64,000 nt of DNA. Source: Terriglobia bacterium (GTDB lineage Bacteria > Acidobacteriota > Terriglobia > 20CM-2-55-15). Shown here piece after piece: positions 1-9,817 of the stretch. The position numbers and the translations under genes were made by a program. Positions within the stretch are counted from its first letter, which is position 1; the number at the start of each line of letters is the position of its first letter. The stretch lies in contig CBDHGK010000041.1 of NCBI GenBank assembly GCA_965263045.1, positions 1,909,514-1,973,513 of the forward strand, given 5' to 3'. The notes under the pieces were generated by a model that ran no database searches, was not told the origin of the DNA, and saw nothing but the letters and a program-made list of their open reading frames with translations.

Positions 1-16
1 GGCCTACGTTCAGGGC

Positions 17-385
17 ATGATGGTTCGGGAGAAACCCGCGGCCTGCTTCTACCTGGGATCATTTTTCGCCGAGTCTCTGATTCTTGCCGAAATGGGGAAT
101 TCGATTGGTGCGATTCAGGTGGCGGGCACGGCCCAACCGGCGCAGCTTCCATTTTTCGTTGCGGCGTGCGACTACACCCTGATTGGTGAAGAGTTTTTTG
201 CGGCCTCGGCTTACTTGTCGGGTGAACCCGAGCAGCTGGGAACGCTCAAGGGTCAGGACGTGGGAAAGTTGATCGTCGCCGCCGGCATTATCGCTGGAGT
301 CGCCGGTTCAACGATAGCCGTCCTGACCGGTTCGGCGTTCGTGCAGTCGCTGGTGGATTTTTTCACTCAGACCATGTTGACCTAG
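17..385 (+). CDS. hypothetical membrane-associated protein, C-terminal part; ORF open to window edge
   Basis: Open frame from position 2 with no upstream stop. Hydrophobic Gly/Ala-rich C-terminus. Followed 10 bp later by the next gene on the same strand. Confidence 0.3.
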   Translation: MMVREKPAACFYLGSFFAESLILAEMGNSIGAIQVAGTAQPAQLPFFVAACDYTLIGEEFFAASAYLSGEPEQLGTLKGQDVGKLIVAAGIIAGVAGSTIAVLTGSAFVQSLVDFFTQTMLT

Positions 386-394
386 TGGACCGAC

Positions 395-1093
395 ATGAAG
401 CGTTCCATCCCATTGCTGATTACGGCCATAGGCGGCCTCGTCCTGATCGTGGCCTACTTCATCCCCTTCATGCAGGGGCTGGGCGAACGCGTTGCGATCT
501 GGTTCGATCTGCTGGCCGCCATCGCATTCGTGTTGGGCGGTGGCAATCTGATGAAGCTGCATCTCAGAAAGATATCCGACCGCGGCCCCGGTTGGGGCTA
601 CTCGGGAATCGTGCTTGCATCGTTTCTGGCGACGCTTTTCGTGGGCCTGGGCAAGATCGGGGTCTCCCCTTCGGTCCAGTTCCCTGACTTTGCGTGGTCG
701 GGCCAGTACCGCATCGTCGGCAGTCCGTTCTGGTATCTCTATCAGTATGCGTTCCAGCCTCTGACGGCGACGATTTTCGCCTTGTTGGCTTTTTATATCG
801 CCTCGGCCGCTTTCCGCGCGTTTCGCGCGAAGAATCTCGAAGCCAATCTCCTGCTGGGAACGGCATTCATTATCCTTCTTGGCCGGACGTTCGCGGGAGT
901 CGCGCTCACCGACTGGATCGATCCCAACGGGCCGTTCAGTGGCCTCAGGATCGAGAACCTCACCGTGTACATCATGAGCGTATTCAATACGGCGGGGAAC
1001 CGCGCGATTATGATCGGCATCGCGCTGGGGATCGTTTCTACTTCACTGAAGGTCCTGCTGGGTATGGACCGTTCGTATTTGGGCAAGGAATAG
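395..1093 (+). CDS. integral membrane protein, multi-TM, function unknown
   Basis: ATG at 395. Several hydrophobic helices. Tightly packed with downstream genes, 3-bp gap. Confidence 0.55.
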   Translation: MKRSIPLLITAIGGLVLIVAYFIPFMQGLGERVAIWFDLLAAIAFVLGGGNLMKLHLRKISDRGPGWGYSGIVLASFLATLFVGLGKIGVSPSVQFPDFAWSGQYRIVGSPFWYLYQYAFQPLTATIFALLAFYIASAAFRAFRAKNLEANLLLGTAFIILLGRTFAGVALTDWIDPNGPFSGLRIENLTVYIMSVFNTAGNRAIMIGIALGIVSTSLKVLLGMDRSYLGKE

Positions 1094-1096
1094 ACG

Positions 1097-2059
1097 ATGG
1101 CGGAATTTCTTATCGATCAATGGTGGCTGGTTCTTGTCGTCCTCGGTTCGATGACGCCGTTGGCGGTGCAATGTGCGAGCGCCGGATTGTTACCGACGTT
1201 GAGATCACTCGATCGCCGCTGGATCTTCCTGCTCATGCTCTGGAGCGTCCTTGTTCCGATTTACTACATTGGCATTACCGGAGAGACCTTTCCTGAAGTT
1301 CCCTCCACCTTGTCGCAGGCGACATTCGACGAAATCGAGGGTCTGGCCGAAGGAGATCGGGTATTACTCGCATTTGACTTTGACCCCACCAGCGAAGGCG
1401 AACTGGGACCGATGGCCACGGCATTCGTGAAGCACGCAGCTGAGAAGCAACTTCAGATGTACTTCATGGCGCTCTGGCCGGTCGGTCCCCAGATGATCGA
1501 CAACACGATCGACAGGGTCATTCGGTCCGACTACCCGGACCTTGTCTATGGAGAGGACTACGTCAATCTTGGATTCAAATCCGGGAACGAGGCCGTCATC
1601 CGGGTGATCGTGACCAATCTCCGCGAACTGTACACCACCGACAGTCTGGGTACCGCCGTCGAGGATATTCCCATGATGGATGGCATTGATAACATCCAGC
1701 AGATGGATCTCGTCATCAGCATCTCCGCCGGATATCCGGGCACGAAGGAATGGGTGCAGTACGCCCAGACCCCTTATCCTGAGCAGGTTCGGATTGTTGC
1801 CGGGGCGACCGGCGTTCAGGCGCCGCTGCTCTATCCCTATATTCCGAGTCAGTTGCCCGGACTGCTGGGAGCGATCAAGGGCGCGGCCGAATACGAGAAG
1901 CTCGTGGTGGACTCCTATGTCGGAGAAAATCCGGACCCGAAATACCTGGAGGGTCTGCGCCGGATGGGGCCCCAGCTGGTGGCGCATCTGTTGATCATTC
2001 TTCTGATTGTCGTTGCCAATCTGTTGTATTTCATCGATCGGCGAGCGGGTGTCCGCTGA
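1097..2059 (+). CDS. membrane-anchored hypothetical protein (N- and C-terminal TM helices, large soluble domain)
   Basis: ATG at 1097. Stop overlaps the next start (TGATG at 2056-2061). GC3-rich codons. Confidence 0.55.
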   Translation: MAEFLIDQWWLVLVVLGSMTPLAVQCASAGLLPTLRSLDRRWIFLLMLWSVLVPIYYIGITGETFPEVPSTLSQATFDEIEGLAEGDRVLLAFDFDPTSEGELGPMATAFVKHAAEKQLQMYFMALWPVGPQMIDNTIDRVIRSDYPDLVYGEDYVNLGFKSGNEAVIRVIVTNLRELYTTDSLGTAVEDIPMMDGIDNIQQMDLVISISAGYPGTKEWVQYAQTPYPEQVRIVAGATGVQAPLLYPYIPSQLPGLLGAIKGAAEYEKLVVDSYVGENPDPKYLEGLRRMGPQLVAHLLIILLIVVANLLYFIDRRAGVR

Positions 2060-2982
2060 TGAAACGCGAAACCACGATCTGGTTGGCCGTGTTCCTGATC
2101 GGTGCGTTGGCGCTCGGTGGCCGGGCGTTGTTCACAGAGACCGGAATGGGGCGTGAATACGTGCAGGCCGTTCCCATGGCCAACGCTCAATGGACCCAGT
2201 ACGATCCGGCGACGTATGGCGAGTATGCAGCGGCCGTGGCCGCCGATCCGGCGCAGACCGAGTACCTGTTCAGCGTCCCCCGCAGCATCGGCCTGTGGAT
2301 GGCAGCGTTTTTCACGCTCGCGGTGATGTCGTTCATGTACCGGGACAACACCTTCTACAAGATCGCAGAGGCCGTCCTGGTCGGCGTTTCTGCCGCCTAT
2401 TGGATGGTTGTGGGATTCTGGGACGTCCTGGTTCCCAACCTGGCCGGGAAGATTTCGCCGGGCACCGTCCAGGCCTGGGCGATGCCCGGATTGAGCGGCC
2501 CGGAAGCAGTCCAGGACCTGTCTTATTTGGTTCCGCTGGTTCTTGGAATCATGTTGCTCTGGCGTCTTTCACCGAAGGGCGCATGGATTTCTCGCTGGCC
2601 GCTGGCGTTCGTCGTCGGAACGACGGCCGGTTTACGGCTGGTTGCCTTTCTCCATGGTGACTTCCTCGCACAAATCCGAAATACGATTCTGCCCGTTGCT
2701 GTCTTGAACCAGGGGACGTTCGACTTCTGGGGTTCACTGGAAAACCTGCTTCTTGTCGTCAGCGTTCTCTGCTGTCTCGCCTATTTCTTTTTTTCATTCG
2801 AACACAAGGGCGCGCTCGGGGGTGCGGCCACCGTCGGTATCTGGGTTCTGATGATCACCTTCGGAGCGAGCTTCGGGTACACAGTCATGGGTCGCATCGC
2901 CCTAGTCGCAATTCGTTTCGAGTTTCTGCTCGACGACTGGTTGTGGCTCATCGACCCGGTGGGCCGACGTGTCCTTGGATGA
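2059..2982 (+). CDS. integral membrane protein, function unknown
   Basis: ATG overlaps the previous stop. Many TM helices. Same operon as 395-2059. Confidence 0.55.
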   Translation: MKRETTIWLAVFLIGALALGGRALFTETGMGREYVQAVPMANAQWTQYDPATYGEYAAAVAADPAQTEYLFSVPRSIGLWMAAFFTLAVMSFMYRDNTFYKIAEAVLVGVSAAYWMVVGFWDVLVPNLAGKISPGTVQAWAMPGLSGPEAVQDLSYLVPLVLGIMLLWRLSPKGAWISRWPLAFVVGTTAGLRLVAFLHGDFLAQIRNTILPVAVLNQGTFDFWGSLENLLLVVSVLCCLAYFFFSFEHKGALGGAATVGIWVLMITFGASFGYTVMGRIALVAIRFEFLLDDWLWLIDPVGRRVLG

Positions 2983-3093
2983 TTCCGGCTCGAATTGCCC
3001 CGGTTTCTTGGTGCCACTATCATTAGTTTGAGGGCAACGAACCTCTTGATATAATTGCCGTCTTGCTGACACCGGATACCCGGGTTTGCCGCG

Positions 3094-4902
3094 ATGGAAG
3101 AAGAAAGCATTGAAGAGCTGCTGAAAACTCCGCCTGAAGCTGCGGTTGTCGAGGAACGACTCCGCACTCCCGTGACTATTCTGTTCAGCGATATCAAGGG
3201 TTCGACGGCCTACTTCGAGCAGAAGGGCGACCTCGAGGGGCTGGCCATGGTCGAACGCCACAACAGCCTGCTGTTTCCATGTGTTGAAAACAGGCGTGGC
3301 CGCGTCGTCAAGACCATCGGAGATGCGATCATGGCTTTATTCAATGACCCCGTCGATGCGGTGAGCGCAGCCGTCGCGATGCAGATGGCCCTCGATGAAG
3401 ACAATACCGACCGTGAAGATTCCGAGCAGGTCCAGGTAAAAATCGGTATCCATACGGGTCTGGGCTTGATTCAGGGAAACGATGTCTTTGGTGACGTGGT
3501 CAACGTAGCGGCCCGGGTGCAGGGTCAAGCGCAGCCCGAACAGATTCTCATCACCGATAGCCTGCTTTCGGCCGTCCATACGGCCGGCTATCAGGTGAGC
3601 AAGCGCGGGCGCGCCAAGATGAAGGGCAAGGACGAGCCGATTGATATCTACGCCGTTGGATGGTTGCCGCGTGTAACCCAGCAACTGATCGACGATCTTG
3701 AGGCGGAGGCTGCAAAACTACGAGAGGAGTTCAGAGATTCGAAGTCCAAGAGGGAAGAAGCCTTTGATCGGTCGCGCGATGAATGGAGAGACGATCGACG
3801 GAGACTGAACGCGGAAATCGAGAGGCTGGAAGAGAAGGTGCAGGAGGCCATGGAGACCGCACGGCAGGAGGCCGACGGTGAATGGCAACAGCAGATTGGC
3901 TTCAAGATCGAAGCCGCAGAGCAGGCGCGACTGCAAGTTGAAGGGAATCTGAAAAGCACCAGGGAACGCTTTGAGGCCGAGCGCGTCGGGTTCAAAGAAC
4001 AGATTGCCGGTCTTGAATTGCGGCTTGTTGAATCCATGGAGCAGGTGAATAACCCTGCAAGGACGGCCAGCCTGGTTCGAGACCAGGTCCAGTCTCGATT
4101 GGCTGAAGCCAAACAGGAATGGCAATCACAGTGGGACGCTGAGCGCAGGCGCCTGATGGAAGCGAAATCGAAGAACGCCGGGCCGGCCGACCCGATGGCC
4201 GAAGCCCGCCGTCAAATGCAGGAGCGGATCAAGGCCAAACAGGAAGGCAGGGAACCGAGCCAGAGAGGACTCGACCTCAAGACGGAGAATGAAGAACTGA
4301 AACGGGAACGCGATGCACTTCAGGCGCGCATGCAGCAGATGGAGAGAATGGCCCAACGGGCCGAGGCAAACCTCCGCACAGAGGTGTATGACGATCTCCG
4401 GCATACCTACGACCAGAAAATGGAACAGGCAAAGCTCGCTCGATCTCAGCTCGGACAGGAAGTGCGGACGCTGACCGAGGAGTTGAACGCGGAAAAACAG
4501 GCTGCGTCGTCGCGAATCCAGCAGCTGGAGGAGGCCGTCCCCGCGGCTGAGGAAGCCGCAAGAGTACAGGCCATCGCGGAAGCCCGATCAGAATTTCAGG
4601 CAAAGTCAGACGAGGCGGTTCGTGTGGCCTCTCGCCTTGAAAGACAGAGTCGAGAGCACGCTGAAGAGTGGCATTTAGAGCGGGCCCGACTTGAAAAACA
4701 GATCGCGGAACTCGAATCGCACGTTAAACAGGCCCGGGAGATGGCATTCAAACGGTCCAGTGACCCGACGATGGAAGAGCTCAATCGTCTGCGACGGCAG
4801 TTGGAAGAGGAATTCAAGGCGAAGGCCGTAGAGTGGGAGACGGAGAGGCGTCGCCTCAGCGAGAGAATCCAGGATCTGGAAAACCCTCCGAACAACGACT
4901 GA
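3094..4902 (+). CDS. class III adenylate/guanylate cyclase domain (N-terminal) fused to a ~400 aa coiled-coil tail
   Basis: N-terminal motifs FSDIKGSTAYFE, IGDAIMALF and GDVVNVAARVQG are typical of the cyclase homology domain. Residues ~200-600 are E/R/K/Q/A-rich with heptad-like periodicity. Confidence 0.75.
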   Translation: MEEESIEELLKTPPEAAVVEERLRTPVTILFSDIKGSTAYFEQKGDLEGLAMVERHNSLLFPCVENRRGRVVKTIGDAIMALFNDPVDAVSAAVAMQMALDEDNTDREDSEQVQVKIGIHTGLGLIQGNDVFGDVVNVAARVQGQAQPEQILITDSLLSAVHTAGYQVSKRGRAKMKGKDEPIDIYAVGWLPRVTQQLIDDLEAEAAKLREEFRDSKSKREEAFDRSRDEWRDDRRRLNAEIERLEEKVQEAMETARQEADGEWQQQIGFKIEAAEQARLQVEGNLKSTRERFEAERVGFKEQIAGLELRLVESMEQVNNPARTASLVRDQVQSRLAEAKQEWQSQWDAERRRLMEAKSKNAGPADPMAEARRQMQERIKAKQEGREPSQRGLDLKTENEELKRERDALQARMQQMERMAQRAEANLRTEVYDDLRHTYDQKMEQAKLARSQLGQEVRTLTEELNAEKQAASSRIQQLEEAVPAAEEAARVQAIAEARSEFQAKSDEAVRVASRLERQSREHAEEWHLERARLEKQIAELESHVKQAREMAFKRSSDPTMEELNRLRRQLEEEFKAKAVEWETERRRLSERIQDLENPPNND

Positions 4903-5234
4903 CTGGCCTGCATTCGGTATCCCACACAGCATTCAGCTTTCGAGCCCGTGTTTCGGAAGGGACGACTGACCCAGGCCTGGAGTTTCGAAAGCGTCCATAG
5001 TATCGCCCCGGTATTGCCCCTGTTCCCAAGTCCGCATGTGGATAGCAATCCGGATCTGTAGACAGGACCTCGTGGCCGGGCCCCGACGACGCACTCGAAT
5101 CAATTGACAACACCCATTGCTTTGCTAGACTGGCTCTGTCTGTGGCTTGATAATCGTCGCTCATTTTCAGTCCCGGGCCACTTTCGAACGTCATTCATCA
5201 GCGTGAATTCTGAAGCCTTTCGAGGGAGCGTGCC

Positions 5235-5763
5235 ATGTCCAATGCCCATCTCCTCAGCCTAACGGGAACATTATGCCTGTTGGTTGTCACGTTGATCAGT
5301 ATGCCGGCCTCCGGTCAAACCACTGATTTTTCAGGGGAATGGGCCGAGCGGAGTCACGAGGACAACTGGAGCCGCCGGGGGGGGCCGTGCCCGTCTCCCC
5401 AGTGTGGGGGACCCGCCCTGGGCGACTACCTTGGATTCGCGCTCACGGACGCGGGTCGGATGAGAGCCGATACCGCCGATGCATCGGAATGGGGACTGCC
5501 CGAATTCCAGTGCAGGCCGCATCCGGTCCCCTACGTCTGGCGGGCGGCGGGAAATCTGCGAATTAATAAGGAAATCGATCCCGTGTCGCGCCAGCTCGTG
5601 GCCTACCACATCAACTGGGTGCGGTCTTTGGACAGGACGATCTACATGGACGGACGCCCGCACCCGCCTGAGTACGCGGCCTACACCTGGGAAGGTTTTT
5701 CGACAGGACGATGGGACGGGAACACCCTGGTCGTGACGACGACCCACCTTAAAGAGGGTTATC
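5235..5763 (+). pseudogene. secreted protein family X, paralog A, 5' fragment (interrupted by IS256-family copy 1)
   Basis: Signal peptide. Sequence FSGEW ... GRWDGNTLVVTTTHLKEGY runs into the IS end at 5764. The reading frame resumes at 7205 after the IS. Confidence 0.6.
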
Positions 5764-7204
5764 GAGTCAAGCCCATTCTTAGTTGAAACTCTCCACGGCT
5801 CACGATGGGTCATGCAACCTTCTTCTTCGATCTCGTCGACGTCTTCGCCTCAATTTTCAGCTCTCGCTGGAGGGCTTCGCGGAGCTTTGGAAGATGACGG
5901 TAGCCGATCACCTTCCTCAGGCGCGGTTCGATGTCGATGAGCGCCGTCGCCAACCAGCGTTGCCGCTGACTCGAGTTCTTCCAATGATCGACCTTCGCAC
6001 ACCTTTCCTCGACAAGGGCATTGACCGATTCCAGGCAATTCGTCGTCTTGAACGAACGGCCCAAGACCCCGTACACGCCGAGCCGATGCAACGTGAGGGT
6101 CTCTTCCAGGCCTTCCTCAAGGCTCGCAGCCCCCGATTGGTTTCGCTCCTCGAGCTCTCCATGGAGCTCTCCGAGCGCCGCCCGAGCTTCGTCGTACTCC
6201 GGGCGCTCGTAGGCCCGCTGCAGCCGGCGTCGCCACACGGCTTGCTCGGTCTTCGATAGGTATCTCACGACGTTCTCGCGTTTGTGCCATTGGCAGCGTT
6301 GGACCAGGGCTCGATTCCTGAATGCCTTCTTGACCGCCGCCCGCAGACCTTTGCCGCCGTCGACAATCACCAGCACGCCTTCAGAGATGTCCAGGCCCCG
6401 CTCCATCAACGAACGGAGAAACGGAGTCAGCACTTGCTCGTTCTCCGTGTCGGTCTCCACGAAGCCCAAGAAGCGTTTGTCGCCCGAAAGCGTGACGCCC
6501 AGGGCCACTACCATCAGGGCGTCGGCAAACGCCTTCCCGTCCAGGAAGATCGCCACGACGTCCTCGCCACTCAGATCCCGCTCCTGCATCTCCCGAAGTT
6601 TCGCGGCACTCGCCTGGACGAATCCTCGAGACACCGTCGAACTCGACAGTCCGATCGCTCCCGGAATCGCTTCAGCGGCCGATTCATAGTTCCGGCAGGA
6701 GATCCCATACAGCACACGTCTGAGCAGTAGCTCGTTCACCGCGCCACCCGGACTGAGTTCCTCGTAGGTCCGAAGCGGAATCTCCCCGCCCGCCACGCTG
6801 CGCACTCGAGGCACCCGAACCGGCACCCGCTGGCCACCCAGCCCCACGGTCCCCGGATTGCTCCCGTGTCGCCGGCCCCGCAACGCCGCCTCCTTTCGTG
6901 CGTATCGCTCACCCGCCAACGACTTCACTTCCTCGTCGAGCAACTCCTCCACGTGCATCAACCCCAGTGGGATCAACGCCCGAATCATCTCCACCTTCGA
7001 GTCCAATTCCAGTCCCGAGTATTCCTCCCGGCTCAGGACCTCGACCTCACCCAGCACACGCGACTTCTTGCGTTTCTTTACCGAACGTAACAGACTCCTC
7101 ATCTCGGCTCCTTTCTCTTACAGGCTTGATGTTGTTTCTTCCAATACCATCAAACCATGGGGTTTGGAGCCGTTTCAATTTCCAACTAAGATTGGCACAC
7201 ATTC
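5764..7204 (-). mobile_element. IS256-family insertion sequence, copy 1 (1441 bp) with 8-bp TSD gggttatc (5756-5763 and 7205-7212)
   Basis: Identical to the copies at 9818-11258 and 53800-55240. Imperfect ~38-bp terminal inverted repeats GAGTCAAGCCCATTCTTAGTTGAAAC / GAATGTGTGCCAATCTTAGTTGGAAA. Flanked by a direct repeat. Confidence 0.9.
5810..7102 (-). CDS. IS256-family (mutator-type) transposase, 430 aa
   Basis: CQWHKREN motif near the C-terminus, typical of IS256/Transposase_mut. Three identical copies in the window. Confidence 0.9.
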   Translation of the reverse strand: MRSLLRSVKKRKKSRVLGEVEVLSREEYSGLELDSKVEMIRALIPLGLMHVEELLDEEVKSLAGERYARKEAALRGRRHGSNPGTVGLGGQRVPVRVPRVRSVAGGEIPLRTYEELSPGGAVNELLLRRVLYGISCRNYESAAEAIPGAIGLSSSTVSRGFVQASAAKLREMQERDLSGEDVVAIFLDGKAFADALMVVALGVTLSGDKRFLGFVETDTENEQVLTPFLRSLMERGLDISEGVLVIVDGGKGLRAAVKKAFRNRALVQRCQWHKRENVVRYLSKTEQAVWRRRLQRAYERPEYDEARAALGELHGELEERNQSGAASLEEGLEETLTLHRLGVYGVLGRSFKTTNCLESVNALVEERCAKVDHWKNSSQRQRWLATALIDIEPRLRKVIGYRHLPKLREALQRELKIEAKTSTRSKKKVA

Positions 7205-7580
7205 GGGTTATCTGCGGCGCAACGGTGTCAAATTCACCGACCAGGCCACGGTCACCGAATACCTCACCCGGCATGGTGACATCCTCACGGTCGTTGCGAT
7301 CGTAGAAGATCCCGTCTACCTGGCCGAACCCTGGGTTTTTTCGGTGAGCTTCGTGCAGGATACACACACGGAGTTGATTTACTATCCGTGCACAGTTGTT
7401 GAGGGCATCAATATCTCTACCGAAGTGCCGCACTACCTGCCCGGCGAGAACCCCTTTCTCACCGACTGGACGTCCGAATTCGGTATACCGGAGGAGGCTG
7501 CGAGAGGCTATCGGGAAACCCTGTATCCCGATTACCAGATGAAAATAGATGCAATATCGTCTGACGGCGATGCGAACTGA
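7205..7580 (+). pseudogene. secreted protein family X, paralog A, 3' fragment
   Basis: In-frame continuation GYLRRNGV ... IVEDPVYLAEPWVFS, homologous to the C-terminal cores of the other family X members. Confidence 0.55.
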
Positions 7581-7604
7581 TCGATCAAACTGTTGGAGCA
7601 GGAG

Positions 7605-8741
7605 ATGACACTGAAAGCATTGAAGCCCGGGATGGTTCTGTGGGCCATACTGGCCACCGCCGCTTTCGCCTCGATTGCCGATTCCACAGAGTGGTCTCCT
7701 GCGGGGGAGAACCAGAACGCCAGCCGTTCCGAAATCGGTGTGCTGCCCGTGCGCGGGAACATCTACATGCTGGTGGGGGCGGGCGCCAATATCACTGTTT
7801 CGGTGGGCCGCGATGGGGTGTTGCTGGTCGACACCGGGTCCGGGCAGATGACGGACTCCGTTGTCGAAACGGTTAACCGACTGGTCACCGCTGTCACATC
7901 TGCACCCGTTCCCGCTTCGACCTGTGTGGGGCCGAATTGTTCCGGCGTCTCCAGCGTCTTTGGCTGGTCCGGTCCGGAATTCAATGGGACCACGATTGCA
8001 CGGGCGCCCGCCAAACCCATTCGTTACATCATCAACACCAGCATCGATGCTGAGCACACCGGGGGAAATCAAACCCTTCGCCTGGCCGGCGGGTCGCTGA
8101 CTGGAGGCAACGTTGCCGGAGCGATCTCGGATTCTGGGCAGGGTGCAGCGATTCTGGCCCACGACAACGTGCTCGTGAGGATGAGCGAGCAGGTCTATGA
8201 AGACGGTTCCATATCTGAAGACGCCTTGCCGACCGAGACGTATCTAAGCGACTCCTATAAGCTGAGCCATTTCTTCAACGGCGAGGGCGTGCAGATGTTT
8301 CACCTCCCTGCGGCCAATACAGATGGCGATTCGATGGTCTGGTTCCGCTATTCCGATGTCATCAGCGCAGGGGACGTATTTTCAACGACGAGCTATCCGG
8401 TGATCGACATCGAACGCGGCGGAACCATTCAAGGAGTCGTCAATGGATTGAACCGAATCCTTGATGTGGCCTACGCCGAGTTCAGATCGCAGGGTGGAAC
8501 GATGATTATTCCGGGTCACGGAAGACTCAGTGATGTTGGAGACGTTCCAAACTATCGCAACATGATGGCGATCATTCGCGACCGCATGCTGGACATGATT
8601 CAGAAAGGGATGACATTGGATGAAGTGAAGGCTGCGAAGCCAACCCTCGACTATGATGGGCGCTATGGTTCCACGAGCGGCCCCTGGACCACAGACATGT
8701 TTCTTGAGGCGGTGTACCGGAGCACTCCTCCGAGTCCGTAA
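7605..8741 (+). CDS. metallo-beta-lactamase-fold protein, divergent (non-canonical metal motif)
   Basis: VDTGSG and EHTGGN motifs in MBL-fold positions, but no HxHxDH. SD ggagcaggag precedes the ATG at 7605; the ORF-track start at 7593 is TTG. Confidence 0.5.
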   Translation: MTLKALKPGMVLWAILATAAFASIADSTEWSPAGENQNASRSEIGVLPVRGNIYMLVGAGANITVSVGRDGVLLVDTGSGQMTDSVVETVNRLVTAVTSAPVPASTCVGPNCSGVSSVFGWSGPEFNGTTIARAPAKPIRYIINTSIDAEHTGGNQTLRLAGGSLTGGNVAGAISDSGQGAAILAHDNVLVRMSEQVYEDGSISEDALPTETYLSDSYKLSHFFNGEGVQMFHLPAANTDGDSMVWFRYSDVISAGDVFSTTSYPVIDIERGGTIQGVVNGLNRILDVAYAEFRSQGGTMIIPGHGRLSDVGDVPNYRNMMAIIRDRMLDMIQKGMTLDEVKAAKPTLDYDGRYGSTSGPWTTDMFLEAVYRSTPPSP

Positions 8742-8825
8742 ACCCCCGTCGGCGGGTTGCAAATGGATGGGGACGGCATCGCTCAGCTCTGAGAGCATCA
8801 AAAGTTTTCATGGGAGGCGCACAGT

Positions 8826-9221
8826 ATGAGCGTTAGATTAACTCCGATTCTGGTCGCACTGTTTCTGTTCCAGATGACGGCCTACGGCCACCACTCCCTG
8901 GGGGCGACCTACGATCAGCGATCGGAAGTCACACTTGAAGGGACACTCGTCCGGTTTCTGTTCCGTAATCCGCACGCCTTCGTGCACGTTGAGGCCCCAG
9001 ACGCTGATGGTGCGATGCAGCGGTGGGCGGTGGAATGGGGCGGCGCGGCCCAGCTCACGGGCCAAGGCGTGACCCGAAACACGTTCAAGATCGGAGATCA
9101 TGTGATCATCACGGGGAATCCATCCCGCACCATCACGGACCACAGAGTGAAAATGAACACGCTCTACCGGACTGAAGATGGGTTCGGATGGGGCACTCGC
9201 CCGGGTGAAGTCGTCGAATAA
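8826..9221 (+). CDS. small secreted protein with His-His mature N-terminus (HH/NPH family), paralog 1
   Basis: 21-aa signal peptide ending AYG, then HHSLGATYD, then NPH. Paralogs at 31177-31593 and 34587-34994. Confidence 0.6.
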   Translation: MSVRLTPILVALFLFQMTAYGHHSLGATYDQRSEVTLEGTLVRFLFRNPHAFVHVEAPDADGAMQRWAVEWGGAAQLTGQGVTRNTFKIGDHVIITGNPSRTITDHRVKMNTLYRTEDGFGWGTRPGEVVE

Positions 9222-9285
9222 TCTCGGGGGCAGATCGCGCGTCCAGGGAGTGACGCAATGATCGGAACACGTAACTGGACACCCA

Positions 9286-9817
9286 ATGAACACTAGAAGA
9301 CTGTGGATACGCGTCTCGACATCGGCGGTCCTTGCGGCGTGCCTCGTAACGACCCACGCTTTCGACGTCCAGGCGCAGAACCGTGGGGGTGGCGGCGCCC
9401 GCCCGGGTCCGGGAAGCCGCTTCGATACCGCCGAGGCGGGGGCACCGATCGATCTGGTTGGATCCTGGGTGTCGGTGGTCAGCGAAGACTGGCGCGTCCG
9501 CATGGTGACCCCGCCCCGGGGCTACTACGAATCGGTTCCACTCAATCCGGAAGGCCGCCGGGTCGCCGATTCCTGGGATCCGGAAGAAGATGAAGCCAAC
9601 GGCCAGGCATGCAAAGCCTATGGCGCCGCAGCCATTATGCGGGTGCCCGGTCACCTCCGCATCCGGTGGGAAGATCCGAACACCCTGCGGATGGATACCG
9701 ATGCCGGCATCCAGACACGTCTGTTTCACCTTTCCCCTTCAACGCCTGGTGAACTGTCCTGGCAAGGACATTCCCTTGCGGAATGGGAGTATGCCAACAC
9801 AGCTCCGGGCGATCCGT
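9286..9817 (+). pseudogene. secreted protein family X, paralog B, 5' fragment (interrupted by IS256-family copy 2)
   Basis: Signal peptide. Sequence GSWVSV ... IRWEDPNTLRMDTDA. The stop codon is created inside the IS terminus. Confidence 0.6.

Noticed and set aside
5331-5813. 160-aa minus-strand ORF
   Set aside because: Antisense to the family X paralog A fragment. Arg/Pro/Gly-rich composition.
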